Part shown: in pieces, positions 48,377 to 57,037 of the stretch
How the letters are laid out: each line of letters begins with the position of its first letter
How positions within the stretch are numbered: the stretch's first letter is position 1
From: Minisyncoccota bacterium
GTDB taxonomy: Bacteria; Patescibacteriota; Minisyncoccia; Phycocordibacterales; UBA9973
Length of the DNA: 64,000 bases
Direction: 5' to 3'
Assembly: GCA_028718635.1 (NCBI GenBank)
Contig: JAQULK010000001.1
Coordinates: forward strand, 88,626 to 152,625
Notes under the pieces: generated by a model
Told to the model about the DNA's origin: nothing
The model's database searches: none
Seen by the model: only the letters and a program-made list of their open reading frames with translations
Position numbers and translations under genes: made by a program

Positions 48377-49363
48377 ATGAGACTTAGGTTTTTAACATTA
48401 AATTTTCTTATAACAATCGCGATACTAGGAACTTTTTTACCGCTCGCCGCAAAAGCAGTTTCGTCGGATGATGTTTTAGTTAATGTGTCACCAGAAAATC
48501 CAGCCCCTGGTGAAAACGTAAATATTTCTTTAAAAAGCTATGTTAATAATTTAGACATAGTTTTAATATCTTGGTCAGTAAATGGCAAGAATGTTTCCTC
48601 TGGGATTGGCAAGAAATCTTTTTCTCTTAATGCACCAAGCGCTGGAGGGGAAACAAGCGTCATCGCCACTGCTTCCTTGCCAGATGGCGCAGTAGATACA
48701 AAGGTAATAATAAGACCCTCGGCAATGGTGTTGCTTTCCGAAGCATTGGATTCTTATACACCTCCGTTTTATAAAGGCAAAGCATTACCTTCGCCTGATA
48801 GTTTAGTAAAAGTAGTTGCCTTACCAGAAATAAAATCTGGCTCTAATTTTATAAATCCTAAAAATCTGACTTACGCCTGGCAAAAAGATTACACCAGCAA
48901 CCAAGATGGTTCCGGTTATGGAAAAAATACTTTTACTTATGTAAATGATTATCTTGAAAACTCAAACAACATCGGAGTGACAGCCGGAACCACTGATCAG
49001 AAATTTTCCTCAACAGTAAATATAGACGTAAGAATGAAAGAACCAAAAATTATTTTTTACAAAAATGACGCCAAGCTGGGAACGATTTGGGAACAAGCAC
49101 TCGCTGATGGATATAAAATTCTCGGAAATGAAATCATTGAGGCAGCGCCGTATTTTTTCTCACCTCGCGACATCAGAGTTCCATTAGTCACTTTTGATTG
49201 GTTTATAAATAGCCAAACAATAAATGTGCCTAGTTATAGGAAAAATATACTGCCACTTCAAGCACAAGTGGGAACTTCCGGAACTTCTAAAATAAGATTA
49301 GAAATTAATAATGCCGATAAAATTTTTGAAAGCGCCGTTAAGGAAATCAATGTAAATTTTTAA
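48377..49363 (+). CDS. secreted Ig-like beta protein
   Basis: signal peptide, P.NP.PGE.V.I.L, repeated Trp-containing beta segments. Confidence 0.75.
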   Translation: MRLRFLTLNFLITIAILGTFLPLAAKAVSSDDVLVNVSPENPAPGENVNISLKSYVNNLDIVLISWSVNGKNVSSGIGKKSFSLNAPSAGGETSVIATASLPDGAVDTKVIIRPSAMVLLSEALDSYTPPFYKGKALPSPDSLVKVVALPEIKSGSNFINPKNLTYAWQKDYTSNQDGSGYGKNTFTYVNDYLENSNNIGVTAGTTDQKFSSTVNIDVRMKEPKIIFYKNDAKLGTIWEQALADGYKILGNEIIEAAPYFFSPRDIRVPLVTFDWFINSQTINVPSYRKNILPLQAQVGTSGTSKIRLEINNADKIFESAVKEINVNF

Positions 49364-50299
49364 ATGATGAAGAAAGATATATTTAAAAAAATAATAGCCT
49401 TAACATATCTAACATTTTTATTATTTGGATTTCTTACTCCTGCTCGCCATATTTTCGCAGAAGATACTCCCAAAGATGCAACCTATCAACTTTTAGCTCC
49501 GCTTCCTGATCCAGAAGGAGGAAATGATATTGAGATTAATGATCCTACACATCCTGAAGCCCTAAGTGATTATTTAAACGTAATGATAAAGCTCATTATA
49601 GGCATCTGCGCTGTCTTGGCAGTGGTAATGATCGTAATGGGTGGCATTGAATATATGACGAGCGAATTGATTTCAAGTAAAGCAGCGGGTAAAGACAGAA
49701 TTATGCATGCAATTTTTGGTCTTATTTTAGCCCTTGGCGCTTGGACGATTCTCAATACCATAAATCCTAAATTACTCGATAGTAGTTTATCGAGTTTAAA
49801 AAATGTGACAGTGGAGGTAACTGCACAAAATTTTGCACTCTCTCCTTCAACGTATATTGTTCCCCTCGGTGGAAAAGGACAAGCAAGTGGTACAAACTGT
49901 GATGAAAATGCAGTTGCTGCGGCAAACGCCGGTCTTAGTAATGCTCAAATACATACACTCGCTTGCATAGGTGGAATAGAAAGCGGTTGTAAATCAGTCA
50001 AAAACTACGCTTGGGGGAATGGGTCCTCTGCGTATGGACCTTTCCAGATAACATTACAAGGGAATGCTGGATGTTTTACAAGCCAGGTTTGCCGCGACGC
50101 CGGAGCACCGCCTTATCCGCCTGGTTGTGCCGCCGGATTCCAAAATGGTAATCCTAAACCTGGTTCTCCGATTGTGGAACAATGCAAGAACGCTGCTAAT
50201 AATTTTAATTGCAGTGTCTCGGCTGCCGCATGTTTAATAAAAAAGAGACCGAACTATGGCGACTGGAACGCGAACAGCAATCTTTCAAAGTGCCTATAA
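49364..50299 (+). CDS. pilin (TrbC/VirB2-like) fused to a lysozyme/SLT-like domain
   Basis: IV.GG..Y......GK..I..AI.GL, ILNTINP; C-terminal IESG...SAYGPFQI. Confidence 0.7.
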   Translation: MMKKDIFKKIIALTYLTFLLFGFLTPARHIFAEDTPKDATYQLLAPLPDPEGGNDIEINDPTHPEALSDYLNVMIKLIIGICAVLAVVMIVMGGIEYMTSELISSKAAGKDRIMHAIFGLILALGAWTILNTINPKLLDSSLSSLKNVTVEVTAQNFALSPSTYIVPLGGKGQASGTNCDENAVAAANAGLSNAQIHTLACIGGIESGCKSVKNYAWGNGSSAYGPFQITLQGNAGCFTSQVCRDAGAPPYPPGCAAGFQNGNPKPGSPIVEQCKNAANNFNCSVSAAACLIKKRPNYGDWNANSNLSKCL

Positions 50300-50314
50300 T
50301 TTAACCACATTTTT

Positions 50315-51715
50315 ATGTCAAAAAGAAATTTTATACTTTTAATAATAGTTGTAATAATAGGAATAATTGCATTATTCGGATATTTTTATTTCAACCCAGG
50401 AACCAACACGCCAGGGGAGGACAACACGGGCACAAATTTTATTTCACAATTTAACCCATTTGGAAAAAACACCACAAAACCTCCTGCCGACACAACAACC
50501 CCAATTGATATTTCTGGAGATCAACCAAATACCACCTCTGCAGATATAGATGCAAAATTGAAAAAAGTTTCAAGCATGCCAATTGCAGGGTTTACTGTAT
50601 TTTCTAAAGAAAGATTAAAGGATGTGACTGTTCCTCCCCTCCTTTCGGAGGAGGGGGCAGGGGGTGGTGATAACTCTGCACCACCTCGCCCTTCGGGCTC
50701 TCCTCCTTCAAAAGGAGGAGAGAGAACCAAACCAACTCCGCCCCAAACTGAATTTATGCCAGCTTTGAGGTATGTGGAAAGAGCCACAGGAAATATTTAC
50801 CAAACCTTTGCAGACAAAATAGAAGAGAAGCAATTTTCGACAACAATGATACCTCAAGTGTATGAAGCATTTTTTGGAAACAAAGGAAACTCAGTAATCA
50901 TGAGATACTTGAAACCGGATGGCAGAACAATCATAACTTTTGTGGGAACTTTGCCAAAAGAGGTTCTTGGCGCAGATAGCACCGTTGGTAATGAAATAAA
51001 AGGAGTATTTCTTCCAGAAAATACAAAGGATGTGAGTTTGTCAAGCGATTCCAAAAGTCTCTTTTATATGTTTTTAAGTGGAAAAACTCAAGCAGATGGA
51101 GTAACTGGCGCTACTTTTAATTTATTAAATAATAAAAAGATTCAAGTTTTTAATTCTCCTTTCACAGAATGGTTGTCCTCATTCCTAACCAGCAAGATGA
51201 TTACTTTTACCACTAAACCTTCTGCTCAAATTCCGGGATATATGTACGTTATGGATCCGACAAATAAAAATTATAATTTTCATAAAATATTGGGCGGCAT
51301 AAATGGGCTTACCACCCTCATTAGCCCTAATGGAAAACTGGCTCTTTATAGCGATAACAATTTATCTCTTAATATTTTTCACTCGAACACAAAGGTTTCC
51401 GATACGTTGGGAGTAAAAACATTGGCGGAAAAATGTGTTTGGAATAAAACTAGTGAAGTTATTTATTGCGGAGTGCCAAAATCTTATGGAAACGGTCAAT
51501 ACCCGGACAGTTGGTATCAAGGAGAAGTTTCTTTTTCGGATCAAATTTGGAAAATAGATGTTAAAACTGGAAATGCGACTATGATTGCGGATCCAGCCGA
51601 CATAAACGGCGGAGAAGATATTGATAGCACTAAATTAGCGCTGGACGATGGAGAAAACTATTTATTTTTTGTAAACAAAAAGGATTCTTTCCTATGGGAG
51701 TTGAATTTAAAATAA
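50315..51715 (+). CDS. membrane-anchored beta-propeller-like protein with family B insertion
   Basis: N-terminal TM, RYVERATGNIY, YPD.WYQG; insert 50631-50724. Confidence 0.75.
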   Translation: MSKRNFILLIIVVIIGIIALFGYFYFNPGTNTPGEDNTGTNFISQFNPFGKNTTKPPADTTTPIDISGDQPNTTSADIDAKLKKVSSMPIAGFTVFSKERLKDVTVPPLLSEEGAGGGDNSAPPRPSGSPPSKGGERTKPTPPQTEFMPALRYVERATGNIYQTFADKIEEKQFSTTMIPQVYEAFFGNKGNSVIMRYLKPDGRTIITFVGTLPKEVLGADSTVGNEIKGVFLPENTKDVSLSSDSKSLFYMFLSGKTQADGVTGATFNLLNNKKIQVFNSPFTEWLSSFLTSKMITFTTKPSAQIPGYMYVMDPTNKNYNFHKILGGINGLTTLISPNGKLALYSDNNLSLNIFHSNTKVSDTLGVKTLAEKCVWNKTSEVIYCGVPKSYGNGQYPDSWYQGEVSFSDQIWKIDVKTGNATMIADPADINGGEDIDSTKLALDDGENYLFFVNKKDSFLWELNLK

Positions 51716-51744
51716 AATATAAAATTTAGAAAGGGTTTCGTATT

Positions 51745-51832
51745 TCCTCTCCCCCTTAATAAGGGGGAGACTGTGAGGGGGTTCTTAATTAATTCACCTC
51801 ACCCCAGCCCTCTCCTTATTAAGGAGAGGGGG
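51745..51832. repeat. intergenic family B pair
   Basis: two hairpins; second unit near-identical to 36450-36490 and 44260-44300. Confidence 0.85.
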
Positions 51833-52357
51833 CTAAATTCCACCCACGTATTTGATCACCACTCGGCGATCGCGCCCGAAACCTATGGATTCGGTTTTAA
51901 GGTCATTTGATTCAGATAAAAATTCATGAACGATTCTGCGTTCGAAGGCTGACATTGGGTCAACTTCTATATTAGACTTAAAATATCTCGCTCTTTCAGA
52001 CATCATATGGGCTATTGCACGGATATTCTCAACATGTTTTTTTTGAAAACCGTTTATATCTATAATAACAGACCCTCCCCCAACCCCTCCCTTGGCAGGG
52101 AGGGGGGTCCCTTCTCCCCCTGCTAAGGGGGAGTGCCCGAAGGGCGGGGGGGTCTTAGCTTCTATTATTCTATGAACAAGGTGGCTTAACGCGTGCAAAC
52201 CCTCACCATCACGCCCAATAAAGAAATGTGGCTCGACAACCTCTATGGAAACCCATACATTTTTATGCCCATCATCAACTATTGAAATTCCATTTAGTTT
52301 TACTGTAGTTTTTTCAATTAAGTCTTTTATTAAATTTTGAATCTCTTCTTTTTCCAT
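51833..52357 (-). CDS. jag: Jag/KhpB KH-R3H protein with family B insertion
   Basis: IGRDGEGL, PMSAFERRIVH, RRVVI; insert 52071-52154. Confidence 0.9.
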   Translation of the reverse strand: MEKEEIQNLIKDLIEKTTVKLNGISIVDDGHKNVWVSIEVVEPHFFIGRDGEGLHALSHLVHRIIEAKTPPPFGHSPLAGGEGTPLPAKGGVGGGSVIIDINGFQKKHVENIRAIAHMMSERARYFKSNIEVDPMSAFERRIVHEFLSESNDLKTESIGFGRDRRVVIKYVGGI

Positions 52358-52474
52358 CCCGTTAGAAGCAGATCGCGATCAACTCGCGTATCTGCCATAT
52401 TAAGTTATTAATTTTATTAATATTTGATTTCATGTTTTGTTTGTTTTTAAATTGCGATCGCGGCTTCTAACGGG
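52358..52474 (-). mobile_element. family A element with 23-aa mini-ORF (52433-52362)
   Basis: minus strand ATGGA-tcccgttagaag...cttctaacggg-ATGGA. Confidence 0.88.
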
Positions 52475-52482
52475 ATCCATTC

Positions 52483-53211
52483 CTATCGGATCACAATTTT
52501 GAAATTTTTCTCTCTTTTTACATAAATCTGCTGGCCTACCATAAAAAGATTGCTGGTAATCCAATAAAGCGCTACTGCTCCAGAAATACTATAAGCGACT
52601 AAAGCAATAATGAACGGAAAAACGTATTTCATTTGCACGCTCATGCTTTTAGCAAAACTATCAGAAAAAGAAGCTTTGTCATTTCCTGAAGAAAGAACAG
52701 GTTTAGGCATAAAGTGCGCTTGTAAATATTGAGAAACACCAGCTAAAATTGCTAAAACTAAACTTTTTTTAGTTATATCAAGGAAACCAAGAAAAATCAT
52801 ATTTATATGAGTGGGAACTTTAACAAAAGAATAAAGCAATCCGCTTTCAAAGTTTATACCTTTGAAAAAGACGTAATATAAGGCAAAAATAACTGGAATT
52901 TGGATCAAAACCAAAAGACACCCTGAAAAAGGATTAGTATTGTGTTTTTTGTATAATTCGAATGTTTGTTTTGCTTGTTCTTCTTTGGAAGCGCCACTGG
53001 CTTTTATTTTATTAATCTCGGGAGTTAAAATGCTCATTTCTGCCTGACTTTCAATGGATTTCTGGGATAAAGGAAAGAGAATAATTTTAACAAGAATGGT
53101 AAGAACTATAACTGCCACCCCCACGTCTCCGCCAGGGACAACAGACACCAAAAAAGCCAAAGCGTTTAAAAGTGGTTGATATAAAACGGTATTCCAAATA
53201 TTTGTAAGCAT
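52483..53211 (-). CDS. yidC: membrane protein insertase YidC
   Basis: ILFPL, LYKKHNTNPFSGCL, QIP, LYWITSN. Confidence 0.95.
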   Translation of the reverse strand: MLTNIWNTVLYQPLLNALAFLVSVVPGGDVGVAVIVLTILVKIILFPLSQKSIESQAEMSILTPEINKIKASGASKEEQAKQTFELYKKHNTNPFSGCLLVLIQIPVIFALYYVFFKGINFESGLLYSFVKVPTHINMIFLGFLDITKKSLVLAILAGVSQYLQAHFMPKPVLSSGNDKASFSDSFAKSMSVQMKYVFPFIIALVAYSISGAVALYWITSNLFMVGQQIYVKREKNFKIVIR

Positions 53212-53250
53212 TCGTCCATTCTACCCCGAAGTAAAATTTTTAGCAAAATT

Positions 53251-53544
53251 TTACTTCACAGAATCAATGTGATTTTTTTGCCAAGGATGGCAACGCAGAA
53301 TGCGTTTCAACCCTAAATAAATTCCTTTCCATGCGCCATATTTTTCTATCGCTTGTTTGGTGTATTCAGAACAAGATGGATAAAAAACACAAGTGTTCGC
53401 TTTCAAAAAAATTGAAATGTTTTTTTGATAAAAATTAATCCCGTTAGAAGCCGCCCTCGCTAGTAAGCGAGTGCTACAGTCACCCTGGGGCGACTTGCTT
53501 CTAACGGGATTAATTAAGTTTTGAAAGAATTGTTTTAATTTCAT
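53251..53544 (-). CDS. yidD: YidD with a 25-aa family A insertion
   Basis: [18 protein letters not shown]; insert NPVRSK...ASNGI. Confidence 0.92.
   Translation of the reverse strand: MKLKQFFQNLINPVRSKSPQGDCSTRLLARAASNGINFYQKNISIFLKANTCVFYPSCSEYTKQAIEKYGAWKGIYLGLKRILRCHPWQKNHIDSVK
53440..53508. mobile_element. family A element in-frame in yidD
   Basis: ATTAAT-cccgttagaagc...gcttctaacggg-ATTAAT; 69+6=75 nt. Confidence 0.92.
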
Positions 53545-53860
53545 TTTCTATAGCAGAGATATCGTCCCTCGGCTGTAGCCCTACGGGCGAAGCTTGATAT
53601 TTTTTAAAAACAAAGACTCCCATGATTCCGAGAGGGAACTGGTCTATGTATTTAGATAAAGCTGTATAGCCTCGACGTCGCAGTAAATTTCTCTTAACAG
53701 CGAGTTTGGCTACACTTTTTGGCGCAATAAAGGAAATTTTTACTTCTTTATTGGGGTTTTGGGTGTATTTAAAAGTAAAACTGGGAGAAATAAGAAATCT
53801 TCCTTCTTTAAAGATTTTATCGACTTCTTTAGTGCTTACTCTATTCTTTTTAGGTAGCAT
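53510..53860 (-). CDS. rnpA: RNase P protein with palindromic insertion
   Basis: [17 protein letters not shown]; insert 53565-53593 resembles metK 13498-13526. Confidence 0.92.
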   Translation of the reverse strand: MLPKKNRVSTKEVDKIFKEGRFLISPSFTFKYTQNPNKEVKISFIAPKSVAKLAVKRNLLRRRGYTALSKYIDQFPLGIMGVFVFKKYQASPVGLQPRDDISAIENEIKTILSKLN

Positions 53861-53871
53861 ATAAAACCAAC

Positions 53872-54006
53872 TTAAACACTGAGTTTTTTTCTGCCCTTTT
53901 GACGTCTTCTTTTTAAGACCTTCTTTCCTGTTTTTATTCTAGATCTAACCAAGAACCCGTGAGCTCTGGCTCTTTTTCTTTTTTTAGGTTGGTATGTAAC
54001 TGACAT
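53872..54006 (-). CDS. rpmH: 50S ribosomal protein L34 (not in ORF track)
   Basis: manual translation [44 protein letters not shown]. Confidence 0.95.
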   Translation of the reverse strand: MSVTYQPKKRKRARAHGFLVRSRIKTGKKVLKRRRQKGRKKLSV

Positions 54007-54038
54007 TACTAGAGTCTATAATAAAAATTATAAAAATA

Positions 54039-54114
54039 CAACCCCCTAATCCCCCTTATCAAGGGGACTTACAAAATTTTTCCTCCCTTGACAAGGGGAG
54101 GTCAGGAGGGGTTG
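54039..54114. repeat. family B pair in the rpmH-dnaA spacer
   Basis: accccctaatcccccttatcaaggggac ... cctcccttgacaaggggaggtcaggaggggtt. Confidence 0.8.
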
Positions 54115-54118
54115 AGTT

Positions 54119-54138
54119 TTATCCACAGTTTATCAACA
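54119..54138 (+). promoter_or_regulatory. DnaA boxes upstream of dnaA (oriC region)
   Basis: TTATCCACA 54119-54127, TTATCAACA 54130-54138. Confidence 0.85.
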
Positions 54139-54194
54139 GAGTTAATAAGCTTTCAAAGATGTCTTCTATTTTAGAAATAGTATAATATGGAACT

Positions 54195-55532
54195 ATGAAC
54201 ACAAATCAATTGTGGAAAAGCTGTTTGCTAAAAATTGAGTCTGATATGTCTAAGGCAAATTTTAGCACTTGGTTTAAAAATACCTCTATTGCAAAAGAAG
54301 AAAACGGGATTGTTTATATAGGAGTGCCAAATGAATTTGTTCGTGATTGGCTTATAAATAAATATCATAAGCTTATAACCAAAACCATAGCTGAAAATTA
54401 TGAAAATATGCGCGCGGTGGAATATGTAATTACAAAAATAGAAAATTCTAAACAAGAAACAATAACAAGCGAAACTATAGAAAAAGAACTACCTTTGAGA
54501 GATTTATATATTAATCCGGAGAATAATCTAAATCCTCGCTACCATTTCAACTCTTTCATCGTGGGAACTTTCAATGAACTCGCCTATGCGGCAGCTCAGG
54601 CAATCATAGAGTCTCCGGGGACTAAATATAATCCATTTTTTATTTACGGCGGTACTGGTCTCGGAAAAACTCACTTAATTCAAGCTGTAGGAAATTCAGT
54701 AAAAGACAAATATCCCCATAAGAAAGTGCATTATATGACTCTGGAAAAATTCGCGACAGATTTTATAAACTCCCTTCAGAGTAATAAGGCAAATTCTTTC
54801 AAAGAAAAATACCGCAAATATGATCTTTTGATCATAGATGATATTCAATTTATCGGTAAAATGGAAAAAATTCAAGAAGAACTTTTCCACACATTTAATA
54901 CTTTTTATGAAAACAATAAGCAAATTATTTTTTCCTCTGATAAGCACCCTAATTACATTCCAGAACTAGCAGATCGTTTAAAATCACGTTTTGCTGCAGG
55001 AATGATAGTAGATGTCACTGAGCCGGAATACGAGTCTCGCCTTGCGATTATAAAAGTAAGGCTTCGTGAATTTAATATAGTCTTAGATGAAGATGTAATT
55101 GAATATGTCGCGTCATCTATCCAAGGGAATATCCGTGAACTTGAAGGGATCCTGAATCTTATTATTTGCCAATATCGCCTTAAAAATAAGGCTCCGGCAC
55201 TGCCTGAAGTCAAAAATTTGTTGAAAAATAGTATGAAACCAAAAAAGAATATAGCAATAAAAGATGTCGTAAAAATTGTGGCTGAGTATTATAAACTAGA
55301 AGAAATGTCTATATATGAAAAAACTAGAAAAAAAGAAATCGTAAAAACTAGACAAGTTATAATGTATCTGCTTCGAGAAGATTTCAGTGTCTCTTATCCA
55401 CTCATAGGGCAAAAATTAGGTGGAAAAGATCATACTACAGTGATGCATTCGTGTGTAAAAATAAAAGAAGATTTAAAAAATGATCCGCAATTAATACAAG
55501 AATTGGAACAAATAAGAATTTTGTTTAAATAA
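54195..55532 (+). CDS. dnaA: chromosomal replication initiator
   Basis: YNPFFIYGGTGLGKTHL, IDDIQF, RLKSRF, GGKDHTTV. Confidence 0.98.
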   Translation: MNTNQLWKSCLLKIESDMSKANFSTWFKNTSIAKEENGIVYIGVPNEFVRDWLINKYHKLITKTIAENYENMRAVEYVITKIENSKQETITSETIEKELPLRDLYINPENNLNPRYHFNSFIVGTFNELAYAAAQAIIESPGTKYNPFFIYGGTGLGKTHLIQAVGNSVKDKYPHKKVHYMTLEKFATDFINSLQSNKANSFKEKYRKYDLLIIDDIQFIGKMEKIQEELFHTFNTFYENNKQIIFSSDKHPNYIPELADRLKSRFAAGMIVDVTEPEYESRLAIIKVRLREFNIVLDEDVIEYVASSIQGNIRELEGILNLIICQYRLKNKAPALPEVKNLLKNSMKPKKNIAIKDVVKIVAEYYKLEEMSIYEKTRKKEIVKTRQVIMYLLREDFSVSYPLIGQKLGGKDHTTVMHSCVKIKEDLKNDPQLIQELEQIRILFK

Positions 55533-55677
55533 TTTAAAATAGTTATTAGAAAGTTATTAGACTTAAATTAAAAAAATAAATTTTAAAAATCATAATATTA
55601 ACCAATATAAAACATATTTATACACTTATTAACATCATTAATATTACTAATAAATTAAATATATAAAATATAAACAT
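55533..55677. other. AT-rich dnaA-dnaN spacer, candidate unwinding element
   Basis: extremely AT-rich, tandem agttattaga, degenerate DnaA-box-like 9-mers. Confidence 0.55.
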
Positions 55678-56775
55678 ATGAAACTAGAATGCGGAGTGGA
55701 AAAAATTAAAAACGCAATTTCTCAAGTAGAAAGAATTACTGGAAAAAATTTAACTTTGCCGATCCTGAGTTCGATTTTACTAATTGCTTCCAAAAATTCA
55801 CTAAAACTAAGATCCACAAATTTAAATCTTGGAATTGAAGTCGAAATTCCTGTAAAAATAGAAAAAGAAGGTACTTTAGCCATTTCTGGTTCTATATTAA
55901 ACGCTGTTTTTTCTAATGTTTCTCAAAATGAAAATGTGTTTTTTGAAGATATAGACGGGAATTTATTGATTAAAACCAAAAAAAGCCAAATAAAACTAAA
56001 AAGCCAGCCTTGTGAAGATTTTCCAACAATTCCAAAAGTCACCGGGAATAGTTTTGAAATAGAATCAAGCAAATTGATCGATGGTATAAAAGCAGTTTAT
56101 TATAGTTCTTCTGTTTCAGATATAAAACCTGAGATTTCAAGTGTTTATATATATACCAATGAGGATAATTTAATTTTTGTTTCCACAGATTCTTTTAGAT
56201 TAGCTGAGAAGAAAGTAAAAGTAAAAGGTCTAGACGAAATTAGCGGAATTATTCTACCGTATAAAAACATAGGAGAAATATTAAAAGTTTTTGGAGAAAT
56301 TAAGGGTAATATAAAAGTGTGTTTTAATAAAAATCAAATTTCTTTTTCATCCGATAGGGTATATTTAACATCTAGAATAATTGACGGTATTTTTCCTGAT
56401 TATAGGCAGATTATCCCCAAAGATTCTATTACAGAGGTAGTGGTATTAAAACAGGATTTATTGAATGCTTTAAAACTTTCTAATGTTTTTTCAGATAAAT
56501 TTAATCAAGTAAACCTTAAAGTCGCACCAAAAGAAAAAGTTTTTGAACTTTCTTCCGCTAATAATGATATTGGAGAAAATAAAACATATTTAGATGCAGT
56601 AATAAAAGGAGAAAACGCCGAACTTAGTTTTAATTACAAATATTTTCTAGACTGTTTCCAATCAATAAACACTGATAGTGTTTCTATAAAATTGTCCGGA
56701 CATTCTCGTGCCATGGTTATCTCTCCTGTTTCTGATCCATCTTTTACTTATCTTATAATGCCAATGAATAGATGA
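55678..56775 (+). CDS. dnaN: DNA polymerase III beta clamp
   Basis: LPILS, STDSFRL, FPDY, LIMPM. Confidence 0.97.
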   Translation: MKLECGVEKIKNAISQVERITGKNLTLPILSSILLIASKNSLKLRSTNLNLGIEVEIPVKIEKEGTLAISGSILNAVFSNVSQNENVFFEDIDGNLLIKTKKSQIKLKSQPCEDFPTIPKVTGNSFEIESSKLIDGIKAVYYSSSVSDIKPEISSVYIYTNEDNLIFVSTDSFRLAEKKVKVKGLDEISGIILPYKNIGEILKVFGEIKGNIKVCFNKNQISFSSDRVYLTSRIIDGIFPDYRQIIPKDSITEVVVLKQDLLNALKLSNVFSDKFNQVNLKVAPKEKVFELSSANNDIGENKTYLDAVIKGENAELSFNYKYFLDCFQSINTDSVSIKLSGHSRAMVISPVSDPSFTYLIMPMNR

Positions 56776-56779
56776 TAAA

Positions 56780-57037
56780 ATGATTGAAATCAAGGACTTA
56801 TTAATCAGATTCAATAATATTCTTCTAGGAGAAGAAATTAAAAAAGAAATTATTAGAAAAACTATTTCTGAAATAATTAAAACAGAAATAAAATCAGAAG
56901 ATATACAGGTAAAAAATAATATAATTTATTTGAACATCAAACCAATTTATAAAAATGAAATTTTTATAAAAAAAGACAAAATTTTTTCAAAACTTGAGGA
57001 ATCTTTCGGTAAAAGAACTCCTACAGGCTTACTTTAA
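56780..57037 (+). CDS. small protein, possibly DciA/DUF721-like
   Basis: 85 aa directly after dnaN; family call from position and weak pattern only. Confidence 0.5.
   Translation: MIEIKDLLIRFNNILLGEEIKKEIIRKTISEIIKTEIKSEDIQVKNNIIYLNIKPIYKNEIFIKKDKIFSKLEESFGKRTPTGLL

Noticed and set aside
41570-50299. Integrative conjugative element or plasmid
   Set aside because: No relaxase, coupling protein, integrase or att sites in view; the locus is embedded beside core origin genes.
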